Shown in pieces: positions 61,945 through 64,000 of a stretch of DNA of 64,000 nt. The translations under genes and the position numbers were made by a program. The notes below the pieces were generated by a model. That model saw nothing but the letters and a program-made list of their open reading frames with translations. It did not search any database and was not told where the DNA came from. The stretch covers positions 10,850,001 through 10,914,000 of the forward strand of contig NC_043018.1 of NCBI RefSeq assembly GCF_006345805.1, read 5' to 3'. How positions within the stretch are numbered: the first letter of the stretch is position 1; the number at the start of each line of letters is the position of its first letter. The DNA is from Octopus sinensis (taxonomy: Eukaryota).

Positions 61945-62214
61945 TATATAAATTTTCATCTGTCCTGCCCGCCAAATTTGGTTCTGGTGTTCGCTGAATT
62001 TTTCCTCTAGAGAATTCCCTTGTAGTTTGATCGTTGATGATCTGTTTCTAGCATACGGCCGACTTCCTAGCAGTCCAGCCCTGCCTATATACACATATAT
62101 TAGAATTTTCTCTGACTTCTCAGATTTTTTGTATGCTGGACTACTGGTTTTAAATTGATATTAAAATTAATATTAATTTATCTCCCTCATTATTTAAATA
62201 TATATATACATATA

Positions 62215-62609
62215 CTAGCAGTATCGCCCGGCGTTGCTCGGGTTTGTAAGGGAAATAATTATATAAGCATTTTTAGAGATGTAAAGTATAATAGCCATCT
62301 CAATATGGCTAACCACAAAGGGGGAGGGGTGTTACTGTAGCTTTTTACGTTCTGAGATTTAATAATAAATTTTAGAGAGTTACTTCCCTTATATATGTCA
62401 AAAATGGATTAAAAATGGGAAAAATTGATGGTAAATTTTTTTTTAAATCGTAGACTCATCGTAGACGCGCGCTAATACCCAGACGGTCTCGATATGAATC
62501 ACGACTATAAGATACCCGGTTTTGGTTAAACTGCACCGCAAAATGTGGGAGTAGTTAGGAATCTAAATCGTAGGAGACAGACACACAACCTCACTTTTAT
62601 ATATAAAGA
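62215..62609 (-). mobile_element. Non-autonomous Helitron H1, second copy
   Basis: Near-identical to 6827-7221 with the same termini. Confidence 0.85.
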
Positions 62610-62610
62610 T

Positions 62611-62672
62611 TTCCTCTATTTACATAATATTGAGGTCTCTTTCTTTCTTTTGTTATCTTACTGTTTTTACCA

Positions 62673-62673
<1 letters not shown>
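62611..62673 (+). mobile_element. Fragment of the repeat seen at 2221-2283
   Basis: Reverse complement of 2221-2283 with one mismatch seen. Confidence 0.7.
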
Positions 62674-62703
<30 letters not shown>

Positions 62704-62709
62704 TCTATA

Positions 62710-62747
<38 letters not shown>

Positions 62748-62753
62748 TATATA

Positions 62754-63078
62754 TAGTTACAGAGATGTACTTGCATAGCAAGTGACTTGATCTGAGATCG
62801 TGTGCTGGAACGAAAACAGTTGCAGCGTTGAAGGTGTTTATAAGCCATTTAAGAAACACACAAAAACCGTTAGATTCACTTCAACATTTAAATTTAATTT
62901 GTCAAAATATTTTCGTCGCTTTGAGACCGCGACCTGCTAGCACGATATTTTTGTCAGTGAACAGGTCGCGGTCTCAAAGCGAGGAAAATATTTTGGCAAA
63001 TTAAATTTAAATGTTGAAGTGAATCTAACGGTTTTTGTGTGTTTCTTAAATGGCTTACAAACACCTTCCACGCTGCAA
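62754..63078. mobile_element. PLE-like non-autonomous inverted-repeat element (family P3)
   Basis: Arms 62820-62936 and 62962-63078 (117 bp each, a few mismatches) around a 25-bp spacer, with an extra tail at 62754-62819. Flanked by (TA)n on both sides. Same long-copy plus inverted short-copy layout as P1 and P2. Confidence 0.7.
62950..63000 (+). ncRNA. Hammerhead-like motif with apparent G3/C8 swapped core
   Basis: Stem I TTTGTCA/TGGCAAA (TGACAAA in the mirror arm); core GTGAACA plus one extra G; stem II GTCGC/GCGAG (GCGAC in the mirror arm); GAAA; palindromic AATATT stem III; UUU triplet. Confidence 0.5.
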
Positions 63079-63098
63079 TATATATATACACATATATA

Positions 63099-63129
<31 letters not shown>

Positions 63130-63724
63130 GTGTATATGTGTATGCATGTATGTGTGTGTGTGTGTGCGTGTCTGTGCTTGTGATTGTCCCCACCACTGCT
63201 TGACAACGAATGTTGGTTTGTTTACATCCCTGTCACCTAGTGGTTTGACAAAGGAAACAGATAGAATAAGTACAATGCTTACAAAAATAAAACTGGAGTT
63301 GATTCATTAAACTACAATTCTTCAAGGCATTGCCCCAGCATGGCCACAGACCAATGGCTGGAAAAAGCAGAAGAATAAAAGAATACATTCTCTGCTTTGG
63401 TCTTATGTTTCCCCCAAATCACACCTTACTGTCTTATCTATGTATATATGTATGTATGAGCCTTAAACCACTACTCAAAAAATAAAAAAACACAGCAAAC
63501 AGAAACAAATAAATACATAACGATTTACTCCTCATACAATTTCTTCAATTAGAGTTTACCTAAGATTTTTCAGAGTACTTCCAGTGGGTGATGCCATAAC
63601 AAATTTCTTTCAATTTCACCCCCAATTAAGACAAAATTCGAGAAAACTCAATATTTTAACATTTCACTCCGAAAGCATTGATGTACATGTGTGCGTGCGT
63701 GAGTGTGTGTGGTGTGTGTGTGTG

Positions 63725-63835
63725 TGTGTTTGATGGGTTGTGCGACACAGAAAGTGTGGTGTGTAAGTGAAGTGCTTTTGTTAGTGTGTGTAAAGAGACA
63801 GACAGAGTGAAAGACAGAAATAACTGAACTTTTTT
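63725..63835 (-). mobile_element. Diverged copy of the M2 internal segment
   Basis: Inverted similarity to 38160-38270 (GTGTAAGTGAAGTGCTT...GTTAGTGTGTG...GAGACAGA). Confidence 0.55.
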
Positions 63836-64000
63836 TATTCACTTTTTGTAGTGAGTGACTGAGAGAGAAAAGAGAGAGAGAGGTTATGTATGTATATATG
63901 TATGTATGGCTTCAGTGACACACACACACAAAAACACATACCTACGTACACCTAAAGCACGCACACACACACACACACAAGCGGAGCGCGAACTTCAAAA

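Larger units (their letters stand above)
560..63200. repeat. Other TA/CA/TG/TAGA/ACAT/CT microsatellites (summary entry; span is first to last tract)
   Basis: For example 560-990, 2965-3060, 3365-3830, 9380-9595, 13600-14110, 23475-23610, 23990-24230, 38730-39300, 40440-40600, 56930-57000, 57790-58090, 59218-59283, 61840-61940. Confidence 0.95.
1966..63385. mobile_element. Other partial SINE-A copies (summary entry; span is first to last copy)
   Basis: Approximately 1966-2200 (-), 2710-2885 (+), 8558-8617 and 8810-8965 (+), 17830-18160 (+), 20375-20440 (-), 24236-24440 (+), 26805-26885 (+), 31835-31955 (+), 32180-32300 (-), 41225-41390 (-), 50835-50950 (-), 52045-52265 (+), 60462-60632 (-), 61625-61860 (-), 63165-63385 (+). 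Confidence 0.8.

Noticed and set aside
10919-61951. Recurrent peptides such as LLFYLFQSFDCGHAGAPP, TPGLILCKPSTYSIG, RRASFSFRLPNPLTRLWSARG, SEFKFRRGRL
   Set aside because: They recur because they are readings of SINE-A and SINE-B sequence, not a protein family.
341-63842. Most ORFs in the six-frame track (poly-CV, YI, HT, LS, ER, poly-I/L/S/E and similar)
   Set aside because: They are translations of di-, tri- and tetranucleotide microsatellites or low-complexity tracts, with no coding signal.

Overview
AT-rich, repeat-saturated animal nuclear DNA, probably an intron or intergenic stretch. The SINE sequences look like those of Octopus; this is recognition from memory, not a database result. 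I see no rRNA, tRNA gene, CRISPR array, intact autonomous transposon or confidently identifiable host gene. Almost all long ORFs in the track are translated microsatellites or SINE sequence. The window holds (i) roughly 60 whole or partial SINE copies from at least five families with mix-and-match heads and tails; (ii) 3' fragments of CR1/L2-type and RTE-type LINEs; (iii) a decayed mariner transposase and a hAT remnant; (iv) MITEs with the hallmarks of Merlin (two families), piggyBac, hAT and Tc1/mariner, plus three non-autonomous Helitrons; and (v) many microsatellites. Two things stand out. First, several short Penelope-like (PLE) end elements occur as head-to-head inverted repeats carrying minimal type I hammerhead ribozyme motifs with palindromic stem III. 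One has a canonical CUGANGA core (28 kb), one a U4C core with a 14-bp TSD (20.5 kb), and one an apparent C3G/G8C swapped core (62.9 kb); degenerate relatives lie at 2.3, 2.6 and 21 kb. Second, copies of one Merlin-like MITE are flanked by direct duplications of 8, about 20 and 118 bp. A few weak host exon and promoter candidates are flagged.
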